Below are positions 25,393 to 36,113 of a DNA stretch of 64,000 nucleotides, piece by piece (the stretch's first letter is position 1; each line of letters begins with the position of its first letter). The DNA comes from an uncultured delta proteobacterium. GTDB taxonomy: Bacteria > Desulfobacterota > Syntrophorhabdia > Syntrophorhabdales > WCHB1-27. The position numbers and the translations under genes are program-made. Under the pieces are notes generated by a model. That model made no database searches and had not been told where the DNA came from. It saw only the letters and a list, made by a program, of their open reading frames with translations. The stretch is from positions 1 to 64,000 of the forward strand of contig CAWEPK010000015.1 of assembly GCA_963810935.1 (NCBI GenBank). Direction: 5' to 3'.

Positions 25393-25423
25393 GGCGCATA
25401 TCAACGGGAGGAGTTAAGACAGA

Positions 25424-25969
25424 ATGAAAAGAAACGCGATGCTGCGGAGTTTCATAGCGATGCTGGCCCTTGCGGCCCTGACGGCCTCGGGCTGCTCGGT
25501 CTTCGGCCTTTTTTCGAAAGACCATGATTATACGGTCAAAGAAAGCTGGGAGATAAAGGCGCCGGCGCCCGGCCTTGTAGACGCCATAGCGGAGACGGCG
25601 AAATCGATGGATTTCGATGTCGAGAACGCGGAGACGGGCAACCCCGCGCCCGGCCTGGTGCCCGGTCAGACAGCGCGGCCGCCCCTTGCGGGCGTCAGCG
25701 ATTCCAGGTTCAAGGCCGTAGTGCTCTCCCGCAACGAGCTTACCGGCTTCAAGGCAGCTTTCGTGGGCAGCCGCAGCGCCTCCGGCCTCACCTTCTACGC
25801 CTGGCAGGACGGCAGATATATCGAGGTCTACGCGATGGTCGAGGGCAACCTGGGGTCCGGCAAGCAAAAGGCCGCGATGGACCTGCTGTCCGATTTCAGG
25901 AAAAAGCTCTCTGAAAAAGTCGGCGAGATCGTTGTGATAAAGGCAGGCATAAGCCCGGTCCCAGCCTGA
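25424..25969 (+). CDS. hypothetical lipoprotein
   Basis: GGAGG SD; lipobox ASGC. Confidence 0.7.
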   Translation: MKRNAMLRSFIAMLALAALTASGCSVFGLFSKDHDYTVKESWEIKAPAPGLVDAIAETAKSMDFDVENAETGNPAPGLVPGQTARPPLAGVSDSRFKAVVLSRNELTGFKAAFVGSRSASGLTFYAWQDGRYIEVYAMVEGNLGSGKQKAAMDLLSDFRKKLSEKVGEIVVIKAGISPVPA

Positions 25970-25997
25970 TAAGGCCCACCGGGGCGAAAGCAGTGCA

Positions 25998-26690
25998 TTA
26001 ATCGCCGTTCGCCATCCTGTATCCCACCCCCGACTCCGTTATGATATGGGTTGGATGATTGGGGTCGGATTCGATCTTGTGCCTCAACTGGGCGATGTAG
26101 ACCCTTATATAATGGGAGTCCTCCTGGTGGTTGGGTCCGCGCACGGCGCGCAGTAACTGGCCGTGGGTCACCACTTTCCCCATGTGGAGCGCCAGGTGCC
26201 TGAGGATCTCGTACTCGGTGACCGACAGCCTCACTTTCTGCCCCCGCACGATTATCAGGTGGCGCCCCAGGTCCACCGTCATGTCCCCGTGAACGATCAC
26301 GCCTTCGTCCTCTTCCCTCGAGGCGCGGCGCAGGGCTACCCGCACGCGCGCAAGAAGCTCCCCCATGGCGAAGGGCTTGGTAACGTAGTCGTCCGCGCCT
26401 GCGTTCAATGCCTCTATCTTATCTTCTTCTCCCTCTCTCACCGACAGGATAATGATCGGCGTCTGCGTGAATTCACGGACCCGCCTGATGACCTCTATGC
26501 CGTCGATGTCGGGCAGTCCAAGGTCGAGGATGACGAGGTCCGGCTGGTGGAGGGCCGTCCGGCTCACGGCTTCTCCGCCCGATTCGGCCTCCACCACCTC
26601 ATTGCCCCGGCTCGCCAGCGACGCAGCCAGGATGCGGCGTATCTGCTTCTCGTCGTCCACTACCAGTATGCGGGCGGCGCTAGTTTCCAC
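25998..26690 (-). CDS. kdpE: KdpE response regulator (OmpR family)
   Basis: VVDDE, LDLGLPD, GADDYVTKPF, LRHKIE, ITESGVGYR; follows kdpD; GTG start after GGAGG. Confidence 0.9.
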   Translation of the reverse strand: METSAARILVVDDEKQIRRILAASLASRGNEVVEAESGGEAVSRTALHQPDLVILDLGLPDIDGIEVIRRVREFTQTPIIILSVREGEEDKIEALNAGADDYVTKPFAMGELLARVRVALRRASREEDEGVIVHGDMTVDLGRHLIIVRGQKVRLSVTEYEILRHLALHMGKVVTHGQLLRAVRGPNHQEDSHYIRVYIAQLRHKIESDPNHPTHIITESGVGYRMANGD

Positions 26691-28279
26691 GGCCCCCTCC
26701 TTCCTCTTCTCGGCACTTCCCTTCACGCCCCGGCAACGGCAGCGAGAAGGTGAACCTGTTGCCCGGCCCCGGCGAGCGGTCGAGCCATATCATGCCGCCG
26801 TGGCCCTCGACGATACCGCGGCAGATGGAGAGTCCGAGCCCCGTGCCGTCCATGCTCTTCGCGTATTCCAGGCGATAGAACTTGTCGAAGACGTGCTCCC
26901 GCTCGCCCTCGGGGATCGGCTGCCCCATGTCGGATACGGTCACGAGGAGCGCACGTTCGACCTGCCGCACTTCTATTCCGATCTCGCTTCCCGGCGGGGA
27001 GTATTTAACCGAGTTCTCCAGGAGGTTTATCATCACGTGCTCGATGAGGCCGAAATCTACCTCGACGAGGGGAAGGCCCGGCGGAATATCCGTGGCTACC
27101 GCGTGCTCCCGCAGGGATTCCGCCATCTCCTTGAGGGAGACGCCGATGATGTCCTGGACGTCGTGCCATTCCTTCCTGAGCCTTAAGGTGTCACTTTCGA
27201 GGCGGGCCATGTCGAGGAGGTTTGCGACAAAGCGGTTCAACCGCAGGGCGCCGTCCCTTATCATCTCAAGGAACGACTTCGTCGTCTGCACGTCGTATGC
27301 GCTTTCTTCATCGAGAAGCCCGGTCACGGCCCCCATGACCGAGGCGATGGGCGTCCGCAGGTCGTGGGAGATCGAGTTGAGCAGTGCCCGGTGAAGCTTT
27401 TCCGACTCGGCCAGCCATTGCGCCCGCTCGGCCTCCTGCGACAGCCTTATGCGCATTATGGCTACAGCGGCCAGGTTTGCGAAGGCCTCTATCAGACGGG
27501 CCTGCTCGGGAGGAAGGGCCTCCGTTTTTACGTCCAGGTCTATGGCCAGGGCGGCCACAGTTTTGCCGTCCGCCTTTGCGGGGAAAATCAGACTCGCTCG
27601 CGTCCCGTAAGGTGTCCGTTCCCCTGCCCGCCGGTCTGCCCCACCCGAGGACCCATTGGATGACTGCATGCTCTTTTTCATCAAGCCCGGCATTGCGGGC
27701 CGGATAGGAAGCGACTTCGCGCAGGCCCCGCCCGTCTTTCTCCGGCATGATAATCGACACCTTGCCGGCTGTGCTTTCCGCCGCCGTCCTTGCGAAAGAG
27801 CCGGCGAGCTTATCCAGGTCTGCCTCCGACGCCATCTGCCGGCTGAGACTGTAAAGGGCAAGGTTTCTTTTCTCCCTCTGCCTCGTTTTTTCCGCTTCGC
27901 TGCGGGCCTTCGTCGCCATGCTCCCCGTGACTATCCCGACCAGCAGGAAGATCGCGAGGGCGGCCAGGTCCTTGTGGTTGGCTACGGCGAAGCTGTAAAG
28001 AGGAGGCACGAAGAAAAAGTCCAGGGCCAGCACCCCAAGGAAAGAAGCGAAGAGCGAAGGCCCCCGTCCCCAGCGCAGGGCGCTGGCAAGGACGGGCAGC
28101 AGGTACAGGAGGGTAAGCGTCGCTATATCGAAATACCCTATGATTATCTCGCCTATCAGCGTGGCGAGAGCGACACAGACGGATGCGCCGATATAGGCTG
28201 CGGCCGGGACGGTGCGCGAGAGAGACGGACCGGCAGGGACCGTCTGACCGATTGATGTCTCCGACGCAGTCGCATTCAT
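26680..28279 (-). CDS. kdpD: short KdpD-type sensor kinase (TM-GAF-HisKA-HATPase), frameshift near 27592
   Basis: DFFFVPPLYSF TM domain, AGRGTDTL GAF, LLNSISHDLRTP, GTGLGLSIC. Confidence 0.85.
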
Positions 28280-28359
28280 GGCCGTCTCCTCATACCTGCC
28301 GCAGCGGGATGATAAGGGGGGCCGGGCGGGAGACCCGGCCCCCGGGTTGAGAGGAGAAA

Positions 28360-29376
28360 CTATTTTGGCTCCCCGAACTTCTTTCGAAGCTCGAGGTTGA
28401 CTTCAAGCACATTGATGAACTTCTCCCCCGCCAAGCCGAACCAGGGGCTTTCAGCCGCAGCGTGCAGCACGCCGGAGACCTCTTTCTTTACCTCCGACGG
28501 GTCGCGCTTCAGGCTTGCCGCCCATTTGGACGCCACGCGGTCGAGCTGGTACTCCGCGTTCTGCAGCGTAATGTGCGGGTCGAGGCCCGAGGCGGAGGCC
28601 GTGACGAGGTCGCCGGGCACGTCCTTGAGGTCCGCCCTGGGGTGCTCCTGTAGCCACATGTCGAAGAATGTCGCCTGTATGTCGCTCCCCTCACCGGCCG
28701 GCTCTATGGCAGTTGCGTCTTTGCCGTCCGCCCCCTTATGGGTCACGGGCGCCGGGAACCTGCCGGGGTAATCTTTAGAAAACGTCTCGAAAAAGACGAC
28801 CGCAAGGTCCGTCGCTGCCGGTTTCGGCGTGCCGGGGTTATCCCCGGCCCATTTCGCCACGAGGTCCGGGTGCTTCTTTGCCCATTCGTCTACATAGGTC
28901 GCGTGGGTCGCGTCTGCCTTCACCCACCCCTGGGCGGAGCCGTTGTGCATGTCTGCCCACTGAGCGACGATGCCTCCCTTGCCCTGGAACCTGTCCTGCC
29001 TGAACCATGCCTCTATATCCGGCCCTGCGGGTTTTCCCGCGTCGGGACCGCTTTTGTATGTGACTATAGGGCCCAGCGTATGGGCGACGCGGTCGCGCAG
29101 GGCATAGTTGGAAACCGCCAGCGATGACGAGGCGGAGGCGGAGGCGTCATAAGACGGCGATGAGGGCCTCGGCTGGAAATACTCGTCTTTCGTGAACGGC
29201 TGGGCGATGAGCCGCGAGCCGACGATCTTGCCGTCAGGCCCCTTTATCATGCTGCCGTTCGCCTCGAAGGGGCAGGCTACCTGTCCTATCGCCCACAGGA
29301 CCAGGGGGTAGAGCAGGCAGCAGATGACCAGCCCGAAAAGAAGAAGCAGGATGCTCCTTGAAATGTCGCGTGCCAT
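28360..29376 (-). CDS. kdpC: K+-transporting ATPase subunit C, unusually long (338 aa)
   Basis: ANGS, GSRLIAQPF, YFQPRPS, DLVTASASGLDPHI, INVLEVNL. Confidence 0.88.
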   Translation of the reverse strand: MARDISRSILLLLFGLVICCLLYPLVLWAIGQVACPFEANGSMIKGPDGKIVGSRLIAQPFTKDEYFQPRPSSPSYDASASASSSLAVSNYALRDRVAHTLGPIVTYKSGPDAGKPAGPDIEAWFRQDRFQGKGGIVAQWADMHNGSAQGWVKADATHATYVDEWAKKHPDLVAKWAGDNPGTPKPAATDLAVVFFETFSKDYPGRFPAPVTHKGADGKDATAIEPAGEGSDIQATFFDMWLQEHPRADLKDVPGDLVTASASGLDPHITLQNAEYQLDRVASKWAASLKRDPSEVKKEVSGVLHAAAESPWFGLAGEKFINVLEVNLELRKKFGEPK

Positions 29377-29390
29377 GTTTATGCCTCCCT

Positions 29391-31580
29391 TTAGACCAAA
29401 TGCAGTCCGACCATGATCAGGTCTATCAGTTTTATTCCTATGAACGGCGCTACGATGCCGCCCAGGCCCCATATGGCAAGGTTCCTCCGCAGGAGCGCGT
29501 CCGCGCCGAGCGCCATGTACCTGACGCCTTTGAGCGCCACCGGGATGAGCAGGGGGATGATGATGGCGTTGAAGATGACCGCGGACAGGATGGCCGACGT
29601 CGGGGAATGGAGGTGCATGATATCTATCATGCCTAGCCACGGGAGCGTCCCCGCGAACAGGGCGGGGATGATGGCGAAATACTTCGCCACGTCGTTCGCA
29701 ACGGAGAAGGTCGTAAGGGCCCCGCGCGTGATGAGGAGCTGCTTGCCGATCTCGACGACCTCGATCAGCTTCGTCGGGTCGCTGTCGAGGTCTACCATGT
29801 TGGCCGCTTCCTTGGCCGCCTGGGTGCCCGCGTTCATCGCAAGGCCCACGTCGGCTTGCGCCAGGGCCGGGGCGTCGTTCGTCCCGTCTCCCATCATGGC
29901 TACAAGCTTGCCGCCTGCCTGCTCCTTCCGGATGTAGGCGAGCTTCGTCTCGGGCGTCGCCTCCGCGAGGAAGTCATCGACCCCGGACTTGGCTGCAATA
30001 AAGGCCGCGGTTAAAGGGTTGTCCCCCGTTATCATGACCGTCCGCAGGCCCATCTTGCGCAGGCGCGCGAAGCGCTCGCTCATGTGGGGCTTCAGGATGT
30101 CTTCGAGGACAACCACCCCTGCCACCCTTGCCCCATCGGCTACGACGAGGGGCGTAGCGCCGTTCGAAGCAGCCGTATGGACGATAGTCTCCAAATCCTG
30201 CGGGACCGTCCCGCCGCTTGCCTTGACGAACTCGGCTACCGCATCCGTCGCGCCTTTCCGGATGCGCCTGCCGTCCGGCAGGTCGACGCCGCTCATGCGC
30301 GTCTGGGCGGAGAACGATATGAACTCAGCACCGGGCGGCGCCATGACTGCACTCCTGCCCTCCTTCTCGAAGAGGCGCACGATGCTTTTGCCCTCGGGCG
30401 TCTCGTCCGCCGCCGATGCAAGGGCCGCGAGCAGCCCCAGCTCGCTCGCGGTGTAGCCGGATACAGGCAGGAAGGTCGTGGCGTTCCGGTTGCCGATGGT
30501 AATCGTCCCCGTCTTGTCGAGGAGCACTACGTCGATGTCCCCTGCCATCTCGACCGCCTTGCCGCTCTTGGCTATGACGTTCGACTGTAGCGCCCTGTCC
30601 ATGCCCGCTATGCCTATAGCAGCCAGGAGGGCGCCGATGGTGGTCGGGATGAGACAGACCAGAAGGGCGATCAGGGTAGGCACGTCGGTGCCGAGGCTTT
30701 TGAGCGGCCCCTGGACGCCTAAGTATCCCTTCATGTAGTTCTCCGCGTTCCAGGCCATCGGCCATAGGGGTATCACTACGATAAGAAAAACCAGCGTGAA
30801 GGCGGACAAAAGCAGCGTAAGGGCGATCTCGTTGGGGCTGCGCTGGCGGATGGCCCCTTCGACGAGGGCGATCATCCTGTCTAGGAACGACTCGCCCGCC
30901 CCTGTCGTAATCTCGACCACGATCTTATCGGAGAGCACCACTGTACCACCCGTGACGCCCGAGCGGTCGCCCCCGGCAGCCCTTATGACAGGTGCGGACT
31001 CGCCCGTGATGGCTGATTCGTCAACGGACGCCACCCCTTCGATGATATCTCCGTCGCCGGGGATCGTCTGCCCCGCCTCTACGACGACCCTGTCGCCGGG
31101 CTGAAGGGCAGCAGAGGAGACTTCCTCGATGGCGCCCGCCGCAGTGAGGCGGGAGGCGGTGGTTTCGTGGCGCGCCTTTCTGAGAGATTGCGCCTGGGCC
31201 TTGCCGCGCGCCTCCGCCAGGGCCGTCGCGAAGTTCGCGAAGAGCACGGTGAGGAAAAGCCACGCGTCGAGGCCGATGAAATAGCCCATGGAGACCTGGC
31301 TTGCCCCCTTGCCGAAGGCCGCCTCGATTATGAAGAGCAGTGTAAGGAAGGCGCCCACCAGTACGACGAACATGACGGGGTTCTTCCACTGTATGTCCGG
31401 CCGGAGCATGACGAAGGCCTGTACCAGAGCCGCCTTCGCGGTCTCCGGCTCCAGGAGCTTCCGCCCCTTCTGGCGGCGCTCCCCGGAAGGAAGCCTCATC
31501 CCGGCCGGTGCGGCTATTGGTTCGGTTGTTTCGTTCATTTCAGGTTCCTTTGGCGTAGCGCTTCGTGATTTACGTTCCAT
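29391..31580 (-). CDS. kdpB: K+-transporting ATPase subunit B
   Basis: [38 protein letters not shown]. Confidence 0.96.
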   Translation of the reverse strand: MERKSRSATPKEPEMNETTEPIAAPAGMRLPSGERRQKGRKLLEPETAKAALVQAFVMLRPDIQWKNPVMFVVLVGAFLTLLFIIEAAFGKGASQVSMGYFIGLDAWLFLTVLFANFATALAEARGKAQAQSLRKARHETTASRLTAAGAIEEVSSAALQPGDRVVVEAGQTIPGDGDIIEGVASVDESAITGESAPVIRAAGGDRSGVTGGTVVLSDKIVVEITTGAGESFLDRMIALVEGAIRQRSPNEIALTLLLSAFTLVFLIVVIPLWPMAWNAENYMKGYLGVQGPLKSLGTDVPTLIALLVCLIPTTIGALLAAIGIAGMDRALQSNVIAKSGKAVEMAGDIDVVLLDKTGTITIGNRNATTFLPVSGYTASELGLLAALASAADETPEGKSIVRLFEKEGRSAVMAPPGAEFISFSAQTRMSGVDLPDGRRIRKGATDAVAEFVKASGGTVPQDLETIVHTAASNGATPLVVADGARVAGVVVLEDILKPHMSERFARLRKMGLRTVMITGDNPLTAAFIAAKSGVDDFLAEATPETKLAYIRKEQAGGKLVAMMGDGTNDAPALAQADVGLAMNAGTQAAKEAANMVDLDSDPTKLIEVVEIGKQLLITRGALTTFSVANDVAKYFAIIPALFAGTLPWLGMIDIMHLHSPTSAILSAVIFNAIIIPLLIPVALKGVRYMALGADALLRRNLAIWGLGGIVAPFIGIKLIDLIMVGLHLV

Positions 31581-31581
31581 G

Positions 31582-33420
31582 TCAGCCTCCGAATGGTACC
31601 GGTCCCAGGTGGTCGGCTATAGGGCCGAGCACGGCGACAGGCAGGAAGAGCAGGGCCCCGACGATGAGGATGGTGCCGAGGAGCAGTATGCCGAACGTGA
31701 CTGTGTCCGTGCGGAGCGTGCCCAGTCCGAAGGGGGCCGATTTCTTCTCCCCCAGGGAGGCTGCAAATGCAAGGGGGGCTACGATGGGGAGGTAGCGGCC
31801 GAAAATCATCACGAGGCCCGCTGCAATGTCCCAGGCCACGGCGGTCGGGGCCGGGTTCGCGTTGGCGGCGAAGCCGTAGACGACCCCCAGGCCGTCAAAG
31901 GCGGAGCCGTTGTTGGCCGCTGCCGAAGAAAACTGGTAGACCATCTGGGATAGTCCGTGCGCGCCTGGGTTGCTCGCCGCAAGCAGCCCATAGTGCGTGG
32001 CCGCGAAGAGCCCCGTCGGCATGAGGATGCAGAAGGGATGGACGAGGAGGGCGACGATGGCCAGCTTCACCTCCTTGGCCCCGATCTTCTTGCCCAGGTA
32101 TTCGGGGGTCCTCCCTACCATCATGCCTGCAACGAATATGCCGATTATGACGTAAATGAGCATATTGATCATGCCGACGCCCTTGCCGCCGAAGACGCAG
32201 TTCAGCCACATCCCTATCATGGGTGAGAGGCCGGCCAGCGGGTTCAGGCTGTCCGCTTCCGCGTTGATGGAGCCGCACGTCACGTCCGTCGTCACGGCGG
32301 CGTAGGTCGCCCCTGCGGAGGTGCCGAAGCGCATCTCTTTTCCTTCAAGGTTGCCGAGGTGCTGGTCAACGGGCAGGCCGGCAACTGCGGGTGATGCAAC
32401 GTCCAGCTTGCCGCCCGGGGCAGTCGCGCTTGGGATTTGGTACATCCGGGCCTCCGCGTGCGCAGTGAGGCCGGGGTTCGGAAAGAGCGTGTCATAATAG
32501 ACGGACATGAAGATCGTGCCCGCCATCAATAGGAGCATCACCCCGAAGACCACACAGGCGTGGCGCATGCATCTCAGCATGCGCCCGTACATGAGGACCA
32601 GGGCGAAGGGGAAGATCATCATTGCCAGGCAGTTGAAGAAATTCGTCAGGCCCGTCGGGTTCTCGTAAGGGTGGGCGGCGTTCATGCCGAAGAAGCCTCC
32701 CCCGTTCGTCCCGAGCATCTTGATCGACTCGAAGGCTGCGACCGGGCCGACGACTATCGTCTGCTGCTTCGGCTCCCCCTTGTCTGTCGTCCCCATTGCG
32801 GCAGGCTCCAGGGTCGAGACGGTGTGCGTGCTCTTATACGTCATCGGGGTGCCCTGGAACATGAAGATCAGTCCGAAGACGATGGCGACAGGCACGAACA
32901 TATAGACGACCGCCCGCCACATGTCGAGGAAATAGTTCCCTACGCTAGAGTCGCTCCGAAGGGCGCGGATGATCGCGACGAGGGCCGAGAGCCCCACGGC
33001 GGCGGACAGAAAAAGGTTCGATATGGCCCAGACGATCTGACTGAAGTTCGACAGGTGCTGATCGCCGGAATAGTGCTGGAGGTCCGTATTGGTCATAAAA
33101 GAGATGACGCTGTGAAAGACCGTCGTCGGGGCAAGCTGCCCGAGGCCGCGGGGGTTAATGGGCATCCATTGCTGGATCGACAGCACTACGTACCCGAAGA
33201 TGAAGAGGACCACATTGAAGATCAGGAGCGACGCCGTGTACCGCTTCCAGTCCTGGGGACCGCTGTCAAGGCGCCTCTCGCACCAGGCGAAGACGCCCCA
33301 CGGCCTATATTTCCCGTCCATGAGCCAGGCCATGTACCGGGACAGGGGAAACGCGACGGCCGTCGCGACCAGGAGAAGCATAAAGGGGGGTAACCAGACT
33401 TGTATGCCGGACATTGTCAT
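31582..33420 (-). CDS. kdpA: K+-transporting ATPase subunit A
   Basis: filter motifs [37 protein letters not shown]. Confidence 0.95.
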   Translation of the reverse strand: MTMSGIQVWLPPFMLLLVATAVAFPLSRYMAWLMDGKYRPWGVFAWCERRLDSGPQDWKRYTASLLIFNVVLFIFGYVVLSIQQWMPINPRGLGQLAPTTVFHSVISFMTNTDLQHYSGDQHLSNFSQIVWAISNLFLSAAVGLSALVAIIRALRSDSSVGNYFLDMWRAVVYMFVPVAIVFGLIFMFQGTPMTYKSTHTVSTLEPAAMGTTDKGEPKQQTIVVGPVAAFESIKMLGTNGGGFFGMNAAHPYENPTGLTNFFNCLAMMIFPFALVLMYGRMLRCMRHACVVFGVMLLLMAGTIFMSVYYDTLFPNPGLTAHAEARMYQIPSATAPGGKLDVASPAVAGLPVDQHLGNLEGKEMRFGTSAGATYAAVTTDVTCGSINAEADSLNPLAGLSPMIGMWLNCVFGGKGVGMINMLIYVIIGIFVAGMMVGRTPEYLGKKIGAKEVKLAIVALLVHPFCILMPTGLFAATHYGLLAASNPGAHGLSQMVYQFSSAAANNGSAFDGLGVVYGFAANANPAPTAVAWDIAAGLVMIFGRYLPIVAPLAFAASLGEKKSAPFGLGTLRTDTVTFGILLLGTILIVGALLFLPVAVLGPIADHLGPVPFGG

Positions 33421-33451
33421 TACTCCTTGGGCCTTAGCGGGGCAGCCATTT

Positions 33452-33532
33452 TTAGAACCATTCGGGCCTTATAAGGGCCGCGACCAGGTAAACGAACAAA
33501 AAGACTGCAACTATGGCAGTGAGATAGATCAT
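33452..33532 (-). CDS. kdpF: KdpF peptide (MIYLTAIVAVFLFVYLVAALIRPEWF)
   Basis: YL..ALIRPE.F signature; GAGG SD; directly upstream of kdpA; missing from the ORF track. Confidence 0.85.
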   Translation of the reverse strand: MIYLTAIVAVFLFVYLVAALIRPEWF

Positions 33533-33546
33533 CTGTCACCTCGCCG

Positions 33547-33654
33547 TCAGATTTTTTCACATACTTTCATGAACAGATAAACCAGAGCCATCCCGACAAT
33601 TCCCAGTACGAACATCGCGGGTACCCAAAATCCAAGGTTTGTCTCGAGCTCCAT
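33547..33654 (-). CDS. 35-aa single-TM peptide, first gene of the kdp operon (MELETNLGFWVPAMFVLGIVGMALVYLFMKVCEKI)
   Basis: GAGGAGG SD, hydrophobic core, ends 14 nt before kdpF. Confidence 0.7.
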   Translation of the reverse strand: MELETNLGFWVPAMFVLGIVGMALVYLFMKVCEKI

Positions 33655-33751
33655 TTTCGTACGCCTCCTCAACGCGTCTGTGGGCAAGGGCCCTGGGGCC
33701 GGGACCCGTCTGCCGTTCTCTCTATAGCTGATAATAAAATAGGTCTTTAAT

Positions 33752-33800
33752 TATCAATTGGGCGTAAAACTATCAGGGAAACACGTCAGGAAGATATAAA
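33752..33800 (-). promoter_or_regulatory. putative KdpE-binding direct repeats
   Basis: minus strand TTTATA-N5-CTGACG and TTTACG-N5-TTGATA, resembling the E. coli TTTATA-N5-TTTACA site. Confidence 0.5.
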
Positions 33801-33891
33801 GATCGCGCCGCGCAGGTTCAATGCAGGCTAAGCCGCCGCACCGTCCTTCCCTCCGCGCCAAGTCTGCGGAACTCCAAGCGAAAAAAAATAC

Positions 33892-33933
33892 TTGACATGT
33901 AATACACAATGTAATACCATGTCATGTATGACA
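33892..33933 (+). promoter_or_regulatory. sigma70 promoter TTGACA-N17-TACCAT with TGTCAT-GT-ATGACA palindromic operator
   Basis: seen directly; ATGTAATAC is also repeated twice. Confidence 0.6.
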
Positions 33934-34259
33934 GGCACAGATAGATCAGGTTCAGTTACGCTTTTACATAGGTTCAATCCTTCCTTTTGTTACCTCCGCC
34001 CCGGAACCCCAACATCGCTCCTCTCACGCGTTTTCGTCGCCGTCGCACAGGTGACGGCAAGGAGAGTCGCAGCAACCTAACGTTCGCGGGCACCCCCTGC
34101 CCGCGAATTCTTCCGGCCGCTTGCTTCCAGGGCGGCGGCGGCCGGAAAAAGACCTCCCCGGCATCTTTACCTTTCGCGATTTTCCTTTGTCCCATCCCTT
34201 TCTGAGAGTATAATTCACGCAGGTAAAGTAACCGGGAGCTGCAAAACAAGGAGGTCCGG

Positions 34260-35198
34260 ATGCGGATTGCGATTTTCGGCGCAGGCGGCGCGGGCGGCTA
34301 CTTCGGCGCACAACTGGCCCGTGCAGGTGAGGACGTTGTCTTTATCGCGCGCGGCAGCCACTTGCAGGCAATTCGGGCAGAGGGCCTGCGCGTGGAGACG
34401 CCCGCGGGGGAGATCGCCATCCGGCCCGCACATGCAACGGACGACCCGGCCGAAATCGGCCCGGTCGACGTCGTGATCCTCGGCGTCAAGACCTGGCAGG
34501 TGACAGAGGCGGCCGAGGCCATGCGCCCGATGATAGGCCCGGATACGTTCGTCGCGCCGCTCCAGAACGGAGTGGAGGCAGCTTCCCAGCTTGCGGCGGT
34601 GCTCGGTACACGGCACGTTTTGAACGGCCTGTGCGGCACCATCAGCCAGGTCGTCGCCCCGGGCCGCATCCGCAGCATCGGCGAGGCCCACTTCATCAAG
34701 TTCTCGGAGATCGACAAGCGGCCGAGCGAGCGCACCGAGCGGCTCCGGCAGGCCTTCGAGCGGGCGGGTGTCAAGGTGGAAGTCCCCACTGATATCGATG
34801 TTGCATTGTGGGAAAAATTCCTCTTCGTCGTCTCCTTCGGCGGCGTCGGCTCGGTGACGCGGGCGCCCATAGGCGTCATCCGGACGCTGCCTGAGACGCG
34901 GCGCTTGCTCGACCGCTGCCTGGCCGAGCTTTTCATCGTGGGGCGCGCACGCGGCATCGCACTTACCGACGACAGCGTCGCACGAGCTAAGGTCTTCCTT
35001 AACTCCCTGCCTGCAGGCGGGACGACGTCCCTTCAGAGGGACATAGCGGACGGCAAGCCTTCCGAGCTCGAGGCGTGGAACGGCGCGGTGGTGCGCCTCG
35101 GCAGGGACGCGGGCATAGAGACGCCGCTGCACGAGTTTATTTACAACAGCCTGCTGCCGCTTGAGATGCGGGCCCGTGGCCGGCTGGAGTTCGCGTGA
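34260..35198 (+). CDS. panE: 2-dehydropantoate 2-reductase (ketopantoate reductase family)
   Basis: GAGGAG, VK, LQNG, WEK, SLQRD...SELE motifs. Confidence 0.88.
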   Translation: MRIAIFGAGGAGGYFGAQLARAGEDVVFIARGSHLQAIRAEGLRVETPAGEIAIRPAHATDDPAEIGPVDVVILGVKTWQVTEAAEAMRPMIGPDTFVAPLQNGVEAASQLAAVLGTRHVLNGLCGTISQVVAPGRIRSIGEAHFIKFSEIDKRPSERTERLRQAFERAGVKVEVPTDIDVALWEKFLFVVSFGGVGSVTRAPIGVIRTLPETRRLLDRCLAELFIVGRARGIALTDDSVARAKVFLNSLPAGGTTSLQRDIADGKPSELEAWNGAVVRLGRDAGIETPLHEFIYNSLLPLEMRARGRLEFA

Positions 35199-36103
35199 AT
35201 CCTGCGAGCGCATCGGCAAGGCAGAGTCTTGCGGCCAACGCGGGCGTGCTCGTGTCGGCGATTCTTTTCGGAGCGTCGGTAGTCGCTGTGCGCGTAGCGG
35301 TGCGCGAGGTGCCGCCCCTGATGCTCGCGCTTTTGCGGTTCGCCCAGGGGGGCTTCCTGCTGCTCTTTTTTCTCCTGGTCCGCTCCCGCCCATTGCTTCG
35401 CATCGCGTGGAGAGACGTCCCTTACCTTGTTTTGCTGGGCGCCGTCTTTTTCACGGTATTCCCTGTGACCTTCAATATGAGCCTGCGGCTGACCGAGGCG
35501 TCGCGCGGCGCTCTGCTGCTGGCAACGATGCCCCTGTGGAGCGTGCTGATCGCGCGGGCAGCAAAGAAGGAGCGCCTGAGCGCGCGCCAGATGTGCGGAG
35601 TGCTGCTCACGTTTGCGGGCATCGCGGCCGCGGTTGCCGAGCGGGGTTTGACATTTTCCGGCGATGGCTGGTCGCTCGCAGGGGACGCGCTGATGCTCGT
35701 AACCGCCCTGTGCGGCGCGGTCTACGGGGTGCTGGCAAAGCGGATGCTCAGCCGCTACAAGGCATTGACCGTGACTGCATATGCAATGCTGTTCGGCACG
35801 CTGCTTCTGGTGCCTGCCGCGATTTTCGAGCGCGCGCCCATGGCCGCGATGCGGACTGAGACGGTGATGCTCGTTTTGTTTCTGGGGATATTCGGCGGCG
35901 CGATCGCGTTCTACCTGTGGACGTCGGCGCTGGCGCGGCTCTCTCCAACGCAGGTAGCGGTCTACGTCAATATCAACCCGATGGTGGCGACGCTTCTCGG
36001 CGCGACGCTGCTTGCGGAGAGGTTGACGGGTGTCTTCATCGCGGGGTTTGCGGCGGTGATTGCCGGCGTGCTGCTGGTGAACGTGCCCGGCCGGCGCAAA
36101 TAG
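35195..36103 (+). CDS. DMT/EamA family transporter
   Basis: two EamA repeats, ~10 TMs; GTGA overlap with panE. Confidence 0.88.
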   Translation: MNPASASARQSLAANAGVLVSAILFGASVVAVRVAVREVPPLMLALLRFAQGGFLLLFFLLVRSRPLLRIAWRDVPYLVLLGAVFFTVFPVTFNMSLRLTEASRGALLLATMPLWSVLIARAAKKERLSARQMCGVLLTFAGIAAAVAERGLTFSGDGWSLAGDALMLVTALCGAVYGVLAKRMLSRYKALTVTAYAMLFGTLLLVPAAIFERAPMAAMRTETVMLVLFLGIFGGAIAFYLWTSALARLSPTQVAVYVNINPMVATLLGATLLAERLTGVFIAGFAAVIAGVLLVNVPGRRK

Positions 36104-36113
36104 GACAATCCTG

